Source: a virus (lineage: Duplodnaviria > Heunggongvirae > Uroviricota > Caudoviricetes). Taken from it: DNA of 64,000 nucleotides. The first letter of the stretch is position 1; each line of letters opens with the position of its first letter. Of this stretch, positions 43,605-53,653 are shown piece by piece. The position numbers and the translations under genes are program-made. Location of the stretch: IMG/VR virus record IMGVR_UViG_3300028602_000005, positions 190,911 through 254,910 of that record. One strand, given 5' to 3'. The notes under the pieces were generated by a model, which saw nothing but the letters and a program-made list of their open reading frames with translations, was not told the DNA's origin and did no database searches.

Positions 43605-43740
43605 TATACTCCTGACGTAAACTATTTTTTAATTATCAAAAAATAGTTTTAACATCAGGAGTATAAAATATATATTCACCATGTCATAAACTATTTTTTT
43701 TAATAATATAAAAATAGTCACGACAGGAATTTTTTCTGTC
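43605..43740. repeat. tandem imperfect inverted repeats in a long intergenic region
   Basis: Two hairpins share an AAACTATTTTT..AAAAATAGT core; the first is closed by TATACTCCTGA/TCAGGAGTATA; a third hairpin GACAGGAA/TTTCTGTC overlaps the second. Confidence 0.7.
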
Positions 43741-43786
43741 CAATACTACTCTTTTTTAAACAATATAATATAATTATTTTATAAAA

Positions 43787-44029
43787 CTATTGTTGCGGTG
43801 TTATTTTAAATTCTTTTACTTCAATTTTAAATAACTTTGCAACAGAAAAGAGAATTTCATCATCAGCCTCTTTTCTTAAAAAATCTTCTAATTTTCTTCT
43901 CATTTTTTTCTTATCATTAATTATTGCTATGTCTAAAATTAAGGATAATGCATCTAATTTTTCTTCATTAATTTCTTTTCTTAAAAACTCTTCACATCTT
44001 CTCCTTAGCTTTTGGAAATTAGTTATCAA
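43787..44029 (-). CDS. small protein with internal duplication
   Basis: KLRRRCEEFLRKE and KMRRKLEDFLRKE repeats; strong AAGGAGG upstream. Confidence 0.65.
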   Translation of the reverse strand: MITNFQKLRRRCEEFLRKEINEEKLDALSLILDIAIINDKKKMRRKLEDFLRKEADDEILFSVAKLFKIEVKEFKITPQQ

Positions 44030-44083
44030 ACTTAAAATCCATACCTCCTTCCAAAATAAAAATATTTAAAAACTACTTCAGTG

Positions 44084-44096
44084 ATTAATATATATA
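44084..44096 (-). promoter_or_regulatory. candidate phage promoter TATATATATTAAT
   Basis: 12/13 match TATACATATTAAT at 45062-45074; both copies are intergenic and upstream of a gene. Confidence 0.4.
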
Positions 44097-44130
44097 ACAT
44101 TTATAATTTAAATGAAATTTAAATTTTTTA

Positions 44131-44448
44131 CTAATTTTCTATCAAAATAGACACTGGTTTACGATAATTAGCTAAATCTACTTCCAAATCTCTATCTAAA
44201 AAATTATTTATGGAATTTGTAATAACTTCCTTCGTGCTATTAGGCATATTCATATCATATACATAAAACTGAATTCCGGTCTTTATTTGGAATGTTATTC
44301 CATCATGAGTTTGATCTACAGATAAAAGATCGCTTCTTAAAACTTTAAGAGAAAATTCCGGTCCTCTTCTTCCGTCTTTAATTGTTATTAATTTTGACAT
44401 TTTAAGTTTCCTTTCTATTTTCATAATAAATAGATAATAATATTCCAT
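44131..44448 (-). CDS. hypothetical protein (likely start MSKLIT)
   Basis: ORF with AAGGA RBS before the internal Met. Confidence 0.6.
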   Translation of the reverse strand: MEYYYLFIMKIERKLKMSKLITIKDGRRGPEFSLKVLRSDLLSVDQTHDGITFQIKTGIQFYVYDMNMPNSTKEVITNSINNFLDRDLEVDLANYRKPVSILIEN

Positions 44449-45013
44449 TTCTATTTTTTTCTGTTATTTTTTTTAAAAAATCTAAATGATTATCTACATC
44501 AAAAAAATCCTTTATCAATTTAGGATTTTCAAGTTTACTTAAAGTTTTATCTATATTCTTTGATATATCTAAACTTTTAGCATGATTTAAATAATATTTT
44601 GCAACTCTATCAAACATTTTTATATCTAATTTTGAATCTATTATATTTGACCAAAATATCTTAATAAAATCAAGATTATCAAATTCTAAAAATTTCACAA
44701 AATTTAAAATTTCTTCTACCGTTTCCTCTGAAAATAAATCAAAAGATTTATCAAATTCAAAATCATATACTTCTTTTATTTTTTCTAATAATGATTTACA
44801 AAATAGAGCTTTCCATTTAATATCTATTTCTTTAAATGATATTAAATAAAATAAATGTTTAAAATCTTCTTCTCCAACATTGTCTATTAAATCTTTCATA
44901 TGATAAACATTTGTTACTATTTCTATTTTTTCATCACTATATTCATCATCATCATATTCGTCTAATGGTGTTAGATCAGAAATTAAATTTTTTAAGTTAT
45001 TGTCATTATTCAT
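44402..45013 (-). CDS. hypothetical protein
   Basis: 203-aa acidic ORF. Confidence 0.6.
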   Translation of the reverse strand: MNNDNNLKNLISDLTPLDEYDDDEYSDEKIEIVTNVYHMKDLIDNVGEEDFKHLFYLISFKEIDIKWKALFCKSLLEKIKEVYDFEFDKSFDLFSEETVEEILNFVKFLEFDNLDFIKIFWSNIIDSKLDIKMFDRVAKYYLNHAKSLDISKNIDKTLSKLENPKLIKDFFDVDNHLDFLKKITEKNRNGILLSIYYENRKET

Positions 45014-45095
45014 TTTTATTTCCTTAATAAAAAAATTTTAAATAAAAATATATTACCAAATATTAATATGTATACTTTCTAACTTAATACTGAAA

Positions 45096-48000
45096 TTATC
45101 CTCTTTCAAGCATTAGAGCAATAAAATATGAATTTAATAAATCTCTAACTGGAGATGTTTTTGGAACTTTAAAATCAGCATTTCCTGACTGAATTATTTC
45201 TGAAATTATTTCATTTTTAGTTCCTGCATCATCACTCAACGGTCCCAACATTTCAGAAAGAAAATTTATACAATTATATGATATTAATGAATATGTATCA
45301 GCTTCCCCTAATCTCTGACCACCATCTTGTCTTTTTCCAGCAGTTGGTTGACCAGTTTTCATTTTTAATGGACCAGTAGATCTTGAATGGATCTTAAGCT
45401 CTCCTAAATGCTCCAATTTTGAAATATACATATACCCAACTGGAACTTCATTTGCCGTTTTAACTCCAAATTCTGGAAGATATAAATTATAACCAGATTT
45501 AAGTCCTAAAATTTTCATAACTTGAATTATCTGCTTATGATTTGGAGCTTTAAAGGGCGTAATAATAAGAGGAAAAAATTCATTTTCTTTTACTTGATTA
45601 TAAAATTTATCAAATTCGGATTTTGGTAATTTTTCTAAATTAGATAGAAATGTTGTACTAAATTGTTTTTTAGGACTATTATCTAAAATAGGTAATGTTC
45701 TTTTTAAAATATCTATTATTTTATTTTTATCTTTTGCTTTTAAAATTCTTATTCCTAAATCCTTTGATATTAATCCTGCGTATAATTCATATAACTGACC
45801 AGCATTCATTCTACCAATTAAACCTATAGGATTTAATAGAACATCTATTCTATCTCCCCAAGGAGTTCTAGGCATATTCATATCGTCTTCTATTAATGAT
45901 ACAATTCCTTTATTCCCATGCCTATTACATAATTTATCTCCTTTATTTATTTTTAATTCTTGCTCTAATTTAAATTTTATTAAAATTCCTTCAATTGGCG
46001 TTCCTCTTACAGTAAATTTTTCTTGATTTTTTGTTCCATATCTTTTTCTAGTTTTTATAATAAGATCTTTTATAAAAGGAAATTTATCATCATCTATATT
46101 TGAAAATATTTCAATATCAACTACTTTTCCTCCAGGACTTTTCATAATCATTTCTTGACCTGATAATTCAAATGTTTCATCTTCTTCTATTCCTAAAAGT
46201 TCTTCCAATTCACCAATTGTTTTTCTTATTAAAGGATCACCTTTTTTTGTAAATGTTCCTATTTCAGATAATGAAATTATTCTATCTTTAACACCAACTA
46301 AAATTTCTTCTTCTATTCCATGAAGAGATGTTAAAGAATCATTTTCTATTAATTTTCTATTTAATACTATTCCATCTTCAAAATTATATCCTTTATATGG
46401 CATGAAAGCAACACATAATGTTCTTCCAAGAGAAATTTCACCACTATTTATACAACTTCCTTCCGCTATTATATCACCCTTTTTAACATTTTGTCCTATT
46501 TCAACTATTGGTTTAAAAACACTTAATGTATCTTTACCAACTCCAGATTTTAAATGTACTGGATTTAATGCTGAAATATGTTCTCTTCCATCTTCTTTAC
46601 ATATTATTCTTATTACTTCATCTGAAACAAAATCAACTTTACCGTTACATGGTGATTTTTTTACAAAATTATCAGATAAAATGCTTGTTAAAATAGATTC
46701 ATAACCAGATTTAACTATAGGAGATTTTGGATTTTTTAAAGGCAACATCTGTCTTGCTTGATTTACCGCCATAATAACTCTTGCTCCGTCATCATTTTCA
46801 ATAAATGGAATCATTGATGAAGAAGTTGATAAAATACCAGAACCGTCTTCATTTGATATTTCCTTTTGCCTAAAAATACCTCTCGCATTTGTTATTAAAG
46901 CGTCCATAGCTAATTGTTGTGTTATACCTATACTGCCTCCTTCTGGTGTATCCAAAGGATCAATATTTCCAAAATATGTAGGATGAACATTTCTTGCTTT
47001 TGTTTGAATAGCTTGTTTGTCAGGAATACCACCTAAGTTTTTTCCAACTGGCGCAACTCTTGTCATAGTTGCCATTTCTTCAATAGGATTTGCGTATTCC
47101 ATATTTGTTACTATTTCTGAATTTAAAAATTGACTTAAAACTTTAGTTTGACTTATTTCAAATTTGGCATTTTTATTTCCAGATAATATCTGCTCTCTAT
47201 AAACAGTATAAGCCGCAAGTACTTGTTTTTGAATTAAATGGACAATTACTTCAGATCCTCTAATTCTTTGATTAGTTAAATCATTTCTATCATCTTCTAT
47301 TCCTAAAATAACTTTTTCAGACATATACTTAATTATATTTTCAATTTCATATGGAAGTTGTTGATTTATAAGAACTTGTTTTGCGACAGGATCAACAATA
47401 TTATCCAAATTAGATATAATTCTATATGTTGAATTTGTTTTCCCTGTCATTGCTAGAATTAAATCACTAAAATATTCTTTTGTTCCGAAAGGTTTAGTAA
47501 CTTTAAAAGAATATATTTTTTCTCTTACAAAAGACTTAACTATTTGTCTTTTTAATTCCGTATCTACTTTTTCGAATATTATATATTGACTATCATTTAT
47601 TTTACAAGAAATATCTGGATCACCTTTTTTATCTGATATTGTATATGTAATTCCATAACTTTTCAATACTGAATCAAAACCAAAACTATATCCCATAAAA
47701 ACTAAAAATGGTAATTTATATCCCATGAATATTTGCAAATATTTTTCTCTTCTTAAAATTTTACTATAAACATAGAATTTAGAATAAGAACTTTCAAATC
47801 GAGCTTCATATTTTTTTGGAAAAGAAATTGGACATAAAATTATTTGATTTATAAGACATTTTCTATTACCATTTAATCTAAATGTTCCGAAATTTGGATC
47901 TATTTCTGGTATATCTATATTTATTAAATGTTTATTTCCAAAAGAATCTACTAAAACTACTCTAACAACACTAATATCTGATTTATCTAATTCACCAGGT

Positions 48001-49211
48001 TTTTTTCTTTTCGGCACTATTAAAATACTTTCAGTTTTTATAGAAACTTCTTTAGATTCCAATACCTTAAATGAATTATTTATATCATTTTTTAAATTTA
48101 TTTCAAAATCTATTTGTCTTTTTTGAAATAAATGATATGGTGTTTTTTCATCAACAGCTTTAGAAAGATTTGTACTATAAACAACAACATTATTAGAAGT
48201 AATTTTAGGTTTTGATTTAACTAAAAGTTGATCCGCAAAAGTTTTTTCTATTGCTTTTAAAATAGAATCTGTATTTGCTTTTAGTCCCACTTTTTCACTT
48301 TTTTTAACTATTTTATCAATGGTTTTTTCAGATTTCTTTAAATCACCACTATTTCTATATAAAATAGATTTTGAAACTAATTTATTTGCCTCATCTTTTT
48401 CTATTTTATTATCATCTATTATTTTTCCAGTAGAATCTGGTTTATTATTTAAATATGTTGTAACTATATCTTTTACTTTTTCTTTATTTTCTGGTGAAAC
48501 ATTAACATCAACTTTTTTTAATATAATATCAGAGGCTTTTTCAACATCTTGATCATTAATATCTGAAGTATCTATTTTTAAATTTCTTAAATATGTAGCT
48601 AATTTATCTATTTTATAATTTCTATTTTTTATTAATAATCTAAATTTAGTATGATCATTGTAAATCATAGCTAATAAAAGATGATCAAAATTTAAATCCC
48701 CATCCTTTAATTTCATCAATAATGGAAATATTTTTCTATTCGCAAAAGAAGGTAATGGTTTTGACATATCAACTGAATAAATAAGAATTTTTTCATAATT
48801 TTTATTATTTGAAAATACATTATATAATGTATCCATTATTAAAGTACCTTCTCTTGTTCTATAACTGTTAGGTTTAAATTGAAGATCAACAGCAGAAACA
48901 TAATTGGTTATATCATATATAACATTTCTATTTTGAGGAACAGGCATATTTGATTGATATGGTCTTAACTTAAAACTTTTAAGTTTTTTCATTAAATCTG
49001 GCGTTAATTTAGTTCGTGGAAATTTAGTATATGGAATAACAGCCAATTTTAAATCTATAAGTCTAAAATTTAATTTAGGATAATCTGTTATAAAATCAGA
49101 GTTTTCAGAAAAATAATTTATAAGATATGGATTTTCTCCTGGCTTTGGTTGATTAAAAATAATTTCTGATACTACCTGAGTATATTGTCTTATTAGTTCA
49201 AATTTAAACAT
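45096..49211 (-). CDS. rpoB: DNA-directed RNA polymerase beta subunit (set 2) with long N-terminal extension
   Basis: GNIDPLDTPEG, RVIMAVNQARQ, GYNFEDG, GDKLCNRHGNKG, NPIGLIGRMNAGQ, GGQRLGE. Confidence 0.95.
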   Translation of the reverse strand: MFKFELIRQYTQVVSEIIFNQPKPGENPYLINYFSENSDFITDYPKLNFRLIDLKLAVIPYTKFPRTKLTPDLMKKLKSFKLRPYQSNMPVPQNRNVIYDITNYVSAVDLQFKPNSYRTREGTLIMDTLYNVFSNNKNYEKILIYSVDMSKPLPSFANRKIFPLLMKLKDGDLNFDHLLLAMIYNDHTKFRLLIKNRNYKIDKLATYLRNLKIDTSDINDQDVEKASDIILKKVDVNVSPENKEKVKDIVTTYLNNKPDSTGKIIDDNKIEKDEANKLVSKSILYRNSGDLKKSEKTIDKIVKKSEKVGLKANTDSILKAIEKTFADQLLVKSKPKITSNNVVVYSTNLSKAVDEKTPYHLFQKRQIDFEINLKNDINNSFKVLESKEVSIKTESILIVPKRKKPGELDKSDISVVRVVLVDSFGNKHLINIDIPEIDPNFGTFRLNGNRKCLINQIILCPISFPKKYEARFESSYSKFYVYSKILRREKYLQIFMGYKLPFLVFMGYSFGFDSVLKSYGITYTISDKKGDPDISCKINDSQYIIFEKVDTELKRQIVKSFVREKIYSFKVTKPFGTKEYFSDLILAMTGKTNSTYRIISNLDNIVDPVAKQVLINQQLPYEIENIIKYMSEKVILGIEDDRNDLTNQRIRGSEVIVHLIQKQVLAAYTVYREQILSGNKNAKFEISQTKVLSQFLNSEIVTNMEYANPIEEMATMTRVAPVGKNLGGIPDKQAIQTKARNVHPTYFGNIDPLDTPEGGSIGITQQLAMDALITNARGIFRQKEISNEDGSGILSTSSSMIPFIENDDGARVIMAVNQARQMLPLKNPKSPIVKSGYESILTSILSDNFVKKSPCNGKVDFVSDEVIRIICKEDGREHISALNPVHLKSGVGKDTLSVFKPIVEIGQNVKKGDIIAEGSCINSGEISLGRTLCVAFMPYKGYNFEDGIVLNRKLIENDSLTSLHGIEEEILVGVKDRIISLSEIGTFTKKGDPLIRKTIGELEELLGIEEDETFELSGQEMIMKSPGGKVVDIEIFSNIDDDKFPFIKDLIIKTRKRYGTKNQEKFTVRGTPIEGILIKFKLEQELKINKGDKLCNRHGNKGIVSLIEDDMNMPRTPWGDRIDVLLNPIGLIGRMNAGQLYELYAGLISKDLGIRILKAKDKNKIIDILKRTLPILDNSPKKQFSTTFLSNLEKLPKSEFDKFYNQVKENEFFPLIITPFKAPNHKQIIQVMKILGLKSGYNLYLPEFGVKTANEVPVGYMYISKLEHLGELKIHSRSTGPLKMKTGQPTAGKRQDGGQRLGEADTYSLISYNCINFLSEMLGPLSDDAGTKNEIISEIIQSGNADFKVPKTSPVRDLLNSYFIALMLERG

Positions 49212-49214
49212 ATT

Positions 49215-49907
49215 TTAAAATTCCTCTTTTTCTTCTACTAGAGTTCCTGTTAAAACTTTTTCTAGAATAGATGGTGGTAAATTTGTTTCATTTATTAATC
49301 CAGTATTTAAAGCTTTTCCTACATTTTCAAAAGCAAGACCCTGTAAAAATCCTGTATTAAAAACACTAGTTTTTATATTCATCATAACAGGATCATCAGG
49401 ATTTTTACTTAATCTGGCAGGTAACGCAACATTATCTTTATTTCGTAAACATTGAGATAATAATACTTCTAAATGAACAAGATCCATATCACTAGCAATG
49501 GGACCATAAACTTTAAATAATTTTAATAATAAATGAGATGTATCCTTATAAACTCCTCTTCCACCAAGCAATCTTTTAACATATAAAACCTGTTCTTTCA
49601 TTTCTTGTTTTGCCAAAGATACATTTAAAATTGAATCATCTTTTTCATAATATAATATTATTTTTTCCTTTTTTATTTTTTCCATTTGATAAATATTTAC
49701 TTCAACTGGATAATCTAAAATTAAATTAAACATAATATCATCAAATTCTATTTGTGAAATTAAACCATTTACCCATATAAATTCTTCAGAAATATTTATA
49801 TTATCTCCTACATTATAATCTCTTTTTAATTCTATTGTCAATTTACACGGTTTCAAGCATATTAAAGAATTTTCAACTTGATTTAAATAATTTGTAATTT
49901 TACTCAC
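49215..49907 (-). CDS. rpoC: RNA polymerase beta' C-terminal fragment (set 2)
   Basis: LVHLEVLLSQCLR, GFLQGLAFEN and LEKVLTGTL match beta' C-terminal regions (KHIEVIVRQMLR, SFISAASFQE, KENVIVGRL). Confidence 0.8.
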   Translation of the reverse strand: MSKITNYLNQVENSLICLKPCKLTIELKRDYNVGDNINISEEFIWVNGLISQIEFDDIMFNLILDYPVEVNIYQMEKIKKEKIILYYEKDDSILNVSLAKQEMKEQVLYVKRLLGGRGVYKDTSHLLLKLFKVYGPIASDMDLVHLEVLLSQCLRNKDNVALPARLSKNPDDPVMMNIKTSVFNTGFLQGLAFENVGKALNTGLINETNLPPSILEKVLTGTLVEEKEEF

Positions 49908-50787
49908 TATTATGTTCCTTATTTTTTATAGAAAATTTTAAGCTTCCACAATCCCATATTTTAAGATACTTTTTTTTTATTTCATCACTTTCATTTAAAT
50001 TCATAAAATCTTTACCAATACCAACTGAAAATCGATATCTCATTCTAGTTTCACTAATATACCAAAAATTAGGATTAGTTATTTTACATGAATCAAAACA
50101 TTCATCATTAAAAGATTTCAAAAAATCCCATCTTCTATCTACATAATAAATTATTTCTTCCCATAAATATTTTTTTTTAAAATAACCTAAAATATTTTCA
50201 AAAATACCTGGAATTATATAATTAAAGTCTATAGAAAATCTACTTATCTTCCATTGATGTTTTAATTTATTTAAATAATTAAATGTCATTACAGCAACTA
50301 ATTTATTCTTATAAAATACTCCAATATTTACAAATGAGTAATCTGTTCCTTGAATATTAAATTTTTCTAAAAAATAACTTTTCTTTTTATTTCCTATTTC
50401 TATGATTTTACAATTTTTATATTTCAACCTAATATATTTATTTTTACTTAAAATTCTTCTTAAATTATTTTTAACTATATTCTTTTTAAAAATCCATTCA
50501 TCTTCAAAAATCTGAATTAACTTAATATTTTTTTCTAAACAATTATTTAATTTATCTAAATGATTATATTTTTTAATCCATTTATTGGAATGCCAATATA
50601 AACCATTTAATTCTATTGCTATTTTTTCTTGTGGTATAAAAATATCTAATTCTTTAGGTGGAATTATATCATATGTATTTCTAATAACTTCACCTTTATA
50701 AATCATATTAATAAAATCAAATAATTCTTCTTCTTGAGAGAATTTTTTATTTTTATCTATATATTCACTATTTTTTTTATCTTTCAT
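49900..50787 (-). mobile_element. free-standing homing-endonuclease-like gene (Vsr/PD-(D/E)XK type) inside rpoC
   Basis: ELDIFIP..IAIELNGLYWHS, LIQIFEDEW, YVDRRW, IWDCG; sits between the two beta' fragments. Confidence 0.78.
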
Positions 50788-50796
50788 TATTAATCC

Positions 50797-53148
50797 TTAT
50801 TTAGTTAATGTTATAAGGGGATCTCCTTCTAAAACATCATCTATGATATTTCTTACAGATAATGAAACTGCTCCTCCTTTATGAAATGATCTCATAATCA
50901 ATTGTGTTCCTCTTTCACCAACTTGTTGTGCTGCTAATATTCCTCCAAATGGAGTTCTATGCTTTTCTAATAATCTTCCATAACATGTGTGACAAAGTTT
51001 TGGTGAAATACAATATAATGGAGTTCTTAATTTTATCATTTGACCTATTTTAGCATTTTTTGGATCAAATTCTTCAATTTTTCCATTTACAATTACAAAT
51101 CTTCCTATTAATCTTTTTATTAAATCAGAATCTAATTTAAGTTCCAAATATTTTTTTGTTCCACAATCTATTAAATTAGGATGTATTTCTACTGAATTTA
51201 ATAAAAAAACAAGCTGTCTTGTTGTATATCCAGTATCTGCTGTATTTAAAACTCGATCTATAATTCCTTTTCTTGCTCCCGCTGTTGCCTTAAAATAATC
51301 TTTGGGACTCAATCCCTCACCTAAAGAACTTTCAATAGCTGGAAGAACATTTCCTTCTGGATCGGCCATGATACCTTTTGAGGTAATCATCTGTTGTGGT
51401 TGTTCCCACCCTTTAGTTGCTCCAGAATCTACTAAATCAAATAACCCACTTCCTTTTAAATTATCCTGCATTAATTTATTAACATGATCTAAAATCTTTA
51501 TTTGTTCTTCTAATGGTTTTTCTTCTATATTTTTTTTTAATTTAGCTATTTCATCTGGTAGAACTAAATTATCAATAATTATTGATGGAGCTAAAATTGT
51601 GGCAAATTTAAAACCTAATGTTTTTAATCTATCAGCAGTATCTTTAGCTTCTTGATTTCCATATTTTTCAAAAGTTTCTTTTATTAATCCGTTTAATTTT
51701 CCTTTATTTAATTGATCATCAATAAATCTAAATCCTTGAGGGAAACAAGAATTTACTAAAGCTTTGCCCATAGTTGTCCTTCTTCCATTGTAAATAACTG
51801 AAACATAAGGATTTGTAGCTCTATCGAAATCATCTTTCGTATAAGTCATAGGAGAATTAGTAGGATTCATCGGTTTAGTTAACATATAAATTCCTACACA
51901 CATATCTTTAGTTAATTCAAAATTTATGGTAGGAGTATTTCCAGTATTAACAGTAAACATCTTACTTTTTACTTCATTTTGAGCTTCATTTGTGATGGGA
52001 TGAAATATTGCCATTTGATCCCCATCAAAATCTGCATTAAATCCGCCTACTTGTGTTGTTGCAATTTCAATTGAATTTTCTCTTATAATTACGGGGTAAA
52101 AACATCTTATAGATTCCCTATGAAGAACAGGATCTCTTTTAGCCACAACAACTCTATTTTTTGAAGCTAATTCTGTAGCTTCAAAAAAAATCTCAAAAAG
52201 TCTTTCAGGAATTTTATCATCATTTTTTATAGCTTTTATTACTCTCTTTATACTTTCTATTGATTTAGTATTTCCAGTATAAGATTTAATAAGAGAATTT
52301 AATTCTTCATTATCAATATAATTAGGATTTTTAGTTAAAATATTTATAATAAAAGGTTCAAAAAGATTTGCCGCAAGTCTCAATGGCAATCCAATTTGAT
52401 CATTTTTCAATGTTGGTCCAGATGTAATACCTGCCCTTCCAGAAAATTCAACTCTCTTTCCTAAAATTTGATTTCTTATTATTCCAAACTTTTTACCAAT
52501 TTTTGCCTCTACGAAATTCATTAATTCATTTACTGAATTTTGAATATCAGCATTTATAATATCAAAAATTGGACCAAATCCACCAATACTTTTAATATTA
52601 GCGGCTCTTTTAATTATTGTTAAGTAATAATCATTTAGAGGATCATATGTAAATTCATTTTTTTCTTCATCTTTATAAGCAGGTCTTTGATTAGGGGGAA
52701 TAACCGGAACTATATCAACAAAAAGTCTTTTATCGTTATAGGATTCTTTAATTAAGTTAATTAAACTTTTTCTTTCAGATGTATCTTCTCTAAACTTTAT
52801 TTGAGGGAAAATTCTTTTAAATTCTTGAATACCAGCAGTACCATTTTCATCTTCGATTAATTCACCTTCTTTATTTAAAGAAAATGTATTTTTTACAGAA
52901 ACAAAATCTAAAATTTTCCTATCAAGTCTTGCTAAAATCTTTAATGCTCTAGGATGTATTACCTGGCAATTCAAATCAATATAAGAAAATGTCCTATCTC
53001 TTTCCATAGAACCTATAGGACCAAAAATAATTTCTGAAAATAAACCATTTGGATGAAAACTTTCGGTTCTTGTTAAAATTTGTGAAGACGTAACAGGCAT
53101 CAAATTTTTTTTAAATTTATTTAAATCTAAAAATCTAATATCAGGCAT
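50797..53148 (-). CDS. rpoC: RNA polymerase beta' N-terminal/catalytic fragment (set 2)
   Basis: GLFSEIIFG, LGKRVEFSGRA, RDPVLH, NADFDGDQM, TADTGYTTRQL, TQLIMRSFHKGG; no N-terminal Zn ribbon. Confidence 0.95.
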   Translation of the reverse strand: MPDIRFLDLNKFKKNLMPVTSSQILTRTESFHPNGLFSEIIFGPIGSMERDRTFSYIDLNCQVIHPRALKILARLDRKILDFVSVKNTFSLNKEGELIEDENGTAGIQEFKRIFPQIKFREDTSERKSLINLIKESYNDKRLFVDIVPVIPPNQRPAYKDEEKNEFTYDPLNDYYLTIIKRAANIKSIGGFGPIFDIINADIQNSVNELMNFVEAKIGKKFGIIRNQILGKRVEFSGRAGITSGPTLKNDQIGLPLRLAANLFEPFIINILTKNPNYIDNEELNSLIKSYTGNTKSIESIKRVIKAIKNDDKIPERLFEIFFEATELASKNRVVVAKRDPVLHRESIRCFYPVIIRENSIEIATTQVGGFNADFDGDQMAIFHPITNEAQNEVKSKMFTVNTGNTPTINFELTKDMCVGIYMLTKPMNPTNSPMTYTKDDFDRATNPYVSVIYNGRRTTMGKALVNSCFPQGFRFIDDQLNKGKLNGLIKETFEKYGNQEAKDTADRLKTLGFKFATILAPSIIIDNLVLPDEIAKLKKNIEEKPLEEQIKILDHVNKLMQDNLKGSGLFDLVDSGATKGWEQPQQMITSKGIMADPEGNVLPAIESSLGEGLSPKDYFKATAGARKGIIDRVLNTADTGYTTRQLVFLLNSVEIHPNLIDCGTKKYLELKLDSDLIKRLIGRFVIVNGKIEEFDPKNAKIGQMIKLRTPLYCISPKLCHTCYGRLLEKHRTPFGGILAAQQVGERGTQLIMRSFHKGGAVSLSVRNIIDDVLEGDPLITLTK

Positions 53149-53151
53149 TTT

Positions 53152-53580
53152 TTATTCCTTATTCAAATAATCTTTAATATTATTAAAAAACTTGGTAGAA
53201 TTCGATTTATATTGACTCCTATTTGGTGGTTTTGGAATATCCTTACTAAATCTATTTTTTAAAAATTCTAGTTTCTTTAAAATTAAAACTACTTCTTCAT
53301 TATCTACATTAAAATCATTTCTTTGTGATAATTTATTTATTATATTTATAGAAATATCTATTATTTTTGGATCTTCCATAGCCATTCTATTACAAATAGG
53401 TAATATCATTTGTTCATTATCACCATATCCATTTAACTTTAAAAAACATTTTGGATTTTTATCCCAAAATTTTTTAATAAAATTTTTATCTTTTAACCAA
53501 TCTGTTGAATTAAAATCATTTATACCAGAAAGAACTTGAGCTTGTCTTAAAATTTCCTCTAAATTTTCAAAATTAAACAT
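53152..53580 (-). CDS. hypothetical protein, first gene of the RNAP set-2 cluster
   Basis: 142 aa, GGAGG RBS. Confidence 0.65.
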   Translation of the reverse strand: MFNFENLEEILRQAQVLSGINDFNSTDWLKDKNFIKKFWDKNPKCFLKLNGYGDNEQMILPICNRMAMEDPKIIDISINIINKLSQRNDFNVDNEEVVLILKKLEFLKNRFSKDIPKPPNRSQYKSNSTKFFNNIKDYLNKE

Positions 53581-53595
53581 ATTTTCCTCCAGTTT

Positions 53596-53636
53596 AAATT
53601 ATAAACATGATAATTATCATATTTATAATTTGTTCT
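53596..53636 (-). promoter_or_regulatory. 36-bp palindrome adjoining the AGAACAAA motif
   Basis: AAATTATAAA-C-ATGATAATTATCAT-A-TTTATAATTT (one mismatch). Confidence 0.55.
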
Positions 53637-53653
53637 AAGTTTAGAAAATTAAA

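Noticed and set aside
43560-43790. CRISPR mini-array
   Set aside because: Only two imperfect AT-rich inverted repeats with no repeat-spacer periodicity, and the Cas4-like gene is not in a cas operon.
45096-49211. Intein explaining the long beta subunit
   Set aside because: The extra length is N-terminal; no intein splice-junction or LAGLIDADG motifs were seen.
49900-50796. Group I intron around the endonuclease gene
   Set aside because: Only 9 nt of non-coding sequence on one side and an overlap on the other; no ribozyme core seen.
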